From Tubulanus polymorphus (Eukaryota; Animalia; Nemertea), in assembly GCF_964204645.1 (NCBI RefSeq), contig NC_134025.1:9176001-9240000 (forward strand): a stretch of DNA of 64,000 bases, written 5' to 3'. The notes below the pieces were generated by a model, which saw only the letters and a program-made list of their open reading frames with translations, did no database searches and was not told the origin of the DNA. Numbering within the stretch: position 1 is the first letter of the stretch; every line of letters starts with the position of its first letter. The translations under genes were made by a program, and so were the position numbers. Shown one piece after another: positions 52,623-64,000 of this stretch.

Positions 52623-53925
52623 AAAAATTGATAAATTCATACACGCATTCAGAACTGTAGATCCTCTACCCACTTAAACGATCAAATACGAAGGTTCCGC
52701 GGCAATAATGCGCTCAAAGTTTAGACATTTTTCATTCGTAGCATGTTTTATGATAATGACAAATGTAGATTATTTACCCCGGTAAATATTGAATGCAAGG
52801 AATCAAAAGTGAGAAATTGCAGATTGTAGTGGTAGCAGATGTATGCATATTATATAACATTCCATATGTGGATATTTATGAATAAGACTGTTACCGGTAC
52901 TTAAAATGTTGAACAAAAAGATAAGCATAAGCTCACTCACAGAGTATTAATATATGTTTTAATAGGAATAGTTGATACTAGGACTGATGTATTTCAACCA
53001 AAGATGATAGAATCTGATTCTGTTTCGTTGTATGTATTACTGTATGTAATAACTTATTGTGGATTGACTGATATGAAAAACTAAACGCTTTTCAACTGTG
53101 ATGAAAACCTGAAGCAATGTCCATAACGCCTACACATGCAATAAATTATATAGCAGAAATATTGAATTCTTAAATAAGTTTTCCAGCATATCATTCTTAA
53201 CAGTTTTGCTGGCTGAGGTATTTCTGAAGTCCTGAGTAGTGCAAAACACCTGTGAAATCTGAAACCTTTGACATTTGAGTAGATTCCAACTCAGTCTATT
53301 TCCTGGGATTATTGCATGCTCCCATTGTAATCATCGTCAGTTACCTTTCATTTAATCTTTGAACCATAATATGGATAAGGGTGGCTTCTGAACAAATATT
53401 TTTCTGTCAAAAATTTGTCAAGTATAAAACATCAATATACACAGTAGAATTTGCTTAATTTGGAACCAACAAAATTAATCCAGGTTACGGGAAATCTCAA
53501 TTAAAAGTAATTTTCTTGTGTATTTATGATTGAACTAATAGCTTGCAAAAAGTGTGGAGTTAAGACTAAGACCCGGATTAAGTGGGTTTGACAGTATGAC
53601 AAGTTTTCTTACTCCTATTGACCCACACTGCCCAGGAATCAATGTACCTCCAGAGTATTATTTGGTCCCATAGATCCAAGCGGAGACTGCTGTGAGCTGC
53701 CAAGACAAAGGAATTCACACTATTTCTTTTTTTAAGAATGACAATTTTATTTTACTAAATGCAGAACATTGTTTGAAGAGAAGAAAATTCCAGAACTATT
53801 GAGATCGCTTAGTCTTAAAACGCATTTCGTTTTGATGATGTATACACATGCCTATGACATGCATTTAATACAACAACGCATGGGAAAAAAATTCTAAAAG
53901 TCTTTGATATTGATGGTGCCGCACA

Positions 53926-56131
53926 TCATCGTGACAAGGTTCTCGAATCACACCTCGAGGTAGCATCGCCACTTCCATTACTAACAGATTCCTGATGTTC
54001 CTTTAGAAGTCCTGGAAATTCGTGGATGAAATTGTATTGCTGAAAGAATGCAAGAATTACCAATAACAATTATCATAAATCTTCGATCTTTATTTACATG
54101 AAATGAAGAAGAGGGATGGGATATTTTGTACTTTGATCGTCTGTACAGCTGAGTGACCCCTGAGCTTGCGTAATTTCTCAATTGTTTTTTCCGGTTCATT
54201 TGATTTGTCACAATACATCAATAAACACGCAGCAACTGAAAGAGAGCAAATTTCATCTACTAACAATCGGAGGTAAAGTATTTCACTTGGCTTGGAGTTG
54301 GGTCAAACAGAATTCTAGCGTGTCAGTTTGTCTGTTAGGCCTATTTCCAACTGAGATGAGTGTTAGATGGTAAATATTCTAAAGCTAGCAAACACTTACC
54401 CAACACTGATCTGCCCAGACCACCGAAACACCTAAAATTCAGAAAGAAAATAAAATTTAAGTGTTTTTTAAGAATCCTGTACAGTGCAACTATAAATTAC
54501 ATGTACGCACTGAACGAAACATTTGCGGCCTTTGCTCAAAGTATCCTTCAAGTCGTCCAGAATCTTCATAAGAGTTGGCATCTTTGGGACATTTCCATCC
54601 TGACAAGGATAGCTATGTACAGTGAAATCATTTTCCTCTAGTTTTTCAACCAAATTCGTTGTTCTGAATTTTCTGAGTTCCCCTTTCGTGCACAGGCAAA
54701 AGACGTCTTCGATATCGTTGGATTTTAAGAACTCTAAAAAATACATTCAAGTCAACGCTATCAATCTATCAAGTCCGACCAGAGCAATACCTAAGCCAGA
54801 TGGTTCATGAATATTCTTTATATAAGTTTGAAGGATCAGAAAAATATTTCATGAATAATCTATATAAGTATGGAGGGTCAGAAAAATATTTCATGAATAA
54901 TCTATATAAGTATGGAGGGTCAGAAAAATGGTCGGCCATTTTTTTCATAAAGATTAAGCATTACAGTACGCAATTGTACTTATCCCTCCCCTCCCCTAAC
55001 GCGTACGTAATAAATGAATGATCCCTTATAGGGAGTATGAAGGGTCTGAAAAAAATTTCAATAATCAATTCAGTTTAACTATGCTTAATGATCCAACTTA
55101 AACTAAGTCTTATTTCAAATACCAGGATTACATCAAGGACAATTGATGAAACTGATTAAACACATGCAAAATAACTTACTGAGGTCTTCATCGATATTTC
55201 GCCATGTATCTTTGAACCTGCATCCCGGTAGCGGACCAATAGCTAATCTCTCTGTCTCCTCACCGGATATCGTTTCACCCAAATCTAACCTACAATAGAA
55301 TAGATATAATCAACAATAGCTGTAGAATCGAGATTCATTCCGGGTGGAACAATTTACTCCATGATCCGCAATTTACCAATCAAACTTGAAAGGAGTTGTA
55401 TCGAATTCTCTTTCAATGTAGTCTTCTTCGTCCGACTCGAAAAAACTGGAATCTAATCCGTGGGTTTCTCTAATTACTGCCTCAGTTGGTTCGGTTTTAT
55501 TTCCAATATTTTCAGGCTGCCCGGTAGCATCAGCGCACTGTTCTGTTGTTGGTGGAACAGTCTCCTGCTTGATTTTGAATTCCACACCATCAACTTGATC
55601 TTGATCTGAACTTGTTACAATCTGAATAAAATAATCGTCAAGTCATAGCAACGTTTTACATTGAATCTAGGTTTATATCTTTTTTACAGATATTATTCTT
55701 AATACCAGAAATAATTGGTTCCTCTAGAACCTTTTCTGAATACTAGATGATTCGATTGCAGGTTGAAATGATGAAAACAAAGCTTCAAAAACACTACAGG
55801 ACTGGAGCCTGCTGGTCGCAGCTATACCAGTCCAAAAACAAGAACTACAAACTACACCAGTCCACAGTCACTGCCAGTCAGAAGAATAGATACATTTAAT
55901 TCTGCTTTTAGTTAATAATAAAAAGTATCAAATCAGTTCGTGTAACCTGGGCTAATCAATGTTTTTTGCATCAATAAAAGATTGAATTGTATTTATATAG
56001 TAGGAAGGCCAAAGAAATGGGTATTTCTCAATTACTTTTGCTTGTTCTGGTTCCTTTACTGCGACAGGGGCAGTAACAGTCGCATCATCAGCATTAGAAA
56101 CATCAGTTACAGTGGTAGTTGGATTTTCCAT
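53926..56131 (-). CDS. CDKN3: Cyclin-dependent kinase inhibitor 3 (KAP dual-specificity phosphatase), 7 exons
   Basis: FESDEE..TPFKFDWL, LPGCRFKDTWRNIDEDL, IEDVFCLCTKGELRKFR, VQCFGGLGRS (CX5R), LRKLRGHSAVQTIKQYNFIHEF, ends TLSR*. Confidence 0.9.
54806..54928. repeat. 42-bp tandem repeat (~3 units) in a CDKN3 intron
   Basis: CATGAATAATCTATATAAGTATGGAGGGTCAGAAAAATATTT repeated; one more partial unit near 55034. Confidence 0.85.
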
Positions 56132-56374
56132 CGCTTTTATTTCGTTATTCGCAACCCACAAAGAAAGAGGAAACCGGGAAGTAATTGATTTAAACTGGCC
56201 GCCGATCTTGGGGTTAATTCACATATCTGAAGTTCTGAAATTGATGACGTCATGCAATAGTAGGATTTCAGTTCTATGAACTAACCGCGACCTTGACAGT
56301 TTACTTCCGGGTTGGGTGAAAAAAAAAACGAAAAAATTGACAGAAATCATGAAAATTCGACCTTAAACTCGAAG
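56132..56374. promoter_or_regulatory. Probable bidirectional promoter CDKN3(-)/NBEAL(+) with NBEAL non-coding first exon
   Basis: CRE TGACGTCA at 56245-56252, ETS-type ACTTCCGG ~56303, donor GAAG|gtaaga at ~56375 and acceptor ~56711 ahead of the NBEAL ATG. Confidence 0.55.
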
Positions 56375-56749
56375 GTAAGAACAAATCAGCAACATTTTGA
56401 TATTCCCGTCCTCTAAGATGTGTGGATTTGATACTTGTCACGACTGGTGACCCCAACCATTTCAACTGGTGGTAGTCCCAAAATTAAATAGGCTGAATTA
56501 ACTTTTTTTGATTAGTTTGAAGTCGTTGAAGAACAACAAACATCATGATGGACTGATGATATTTCTAAAAAAGTCTTTTAAGAATTTGACTTGAACACAT
56601 TAGGTGAGAATTTTCACAGACTCTCATCTGACCATTTAGTAATTATTGATCATAATGATATTCAAAAGTAAAAATTTTATGAAACCTTTTCCTCTCTCAT
56701 TATTGCTGCAGCATTGTCGACAGAATTGGCAGTCAGAAAAACAATAATC

Positions 56750-63609
<6,860 letters not shown>

Positions 63610-64000
63610 TAAATGCATAAAAGCGAACACTTGAAATGGATGCTTGTCACTTTATGCGTCTTAATTATGTTGTTGAGTTTCAATATAGATTTTACCGGGA
63701 TGAACAATGTATCGGGCTTCTAGCTATTAAAGTCGCTTCTTAGTGCTCTTACATGGGTATGTGCATTTTTTGCCCATTTGGGACTCTAATCCCAGCTGGT
63801 TATTGCATCTACTTTTCATCCATCGTCTCTTTCGGTTGGTCTGAAGACAGAATGTAATTTTCGTGGGAAGTTTCCAATACAGTTCGATGTATACCCGGTA
63901 TTCTTGATATTTGGTTTATGTATGTATCTACCCTAGCAGGATCTTCAGCCCAAAAATTGGCCCAATACAAATGAAGATGGCCGATTTGTTGCCATTGTTG

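Noticed and set aside
54800-55021. ORF with repeated YKYGGSEKYFMNNL; also considered as CRISPR-like
   Set aside because: Translation of a 42-bp intronic tandem repeat with no unique spacers; eukaryotic context.

Overview
AT-rich, intron-dense, compact eukaryotic DNA, most consistent with a marine invertebrate (inference from the TPC3 and OvoA-like genes). I built spliced gene models by eye from GT/GC/AT donors, AG/AC acceptors and reading frame; the ORF track captures only fragments of them. Gene order: 3' end of Smaug/SAMD4 (+) with a ~6.8 kb putative 3'UTR, VRK1-like kinase (-), PPP1R37 (+), TPC3 (+), CCDC167 (-), SCFD1/Sly1 (+), a polypeptide GalNAc-transferase (-), a stand-alone methyltransferase resembling the OvoA C-terminal domain (+), CDKN3/KAP (-), and the 5' part of NBEAL1/2 (+, runs off the window). 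Four pairs are head-to-head. Introns carry many small non-autonomous DNA transposons. Most notable: the free-standing OvoA-type methyltransferase with a possible membrane anchor; two near-perfect 80-113 bp exon copies sitting in introns where they would be transcribed antisense; several Smaug-recognition-element-like hairpins in the Smaug 3'UTR; an AT-AC U12 intron in TPC3; an 18-nt candidate regulated microexon in NBEAL; and very small 9-bp-TSD elements. Gene names rest on motif recognition, not database searches.
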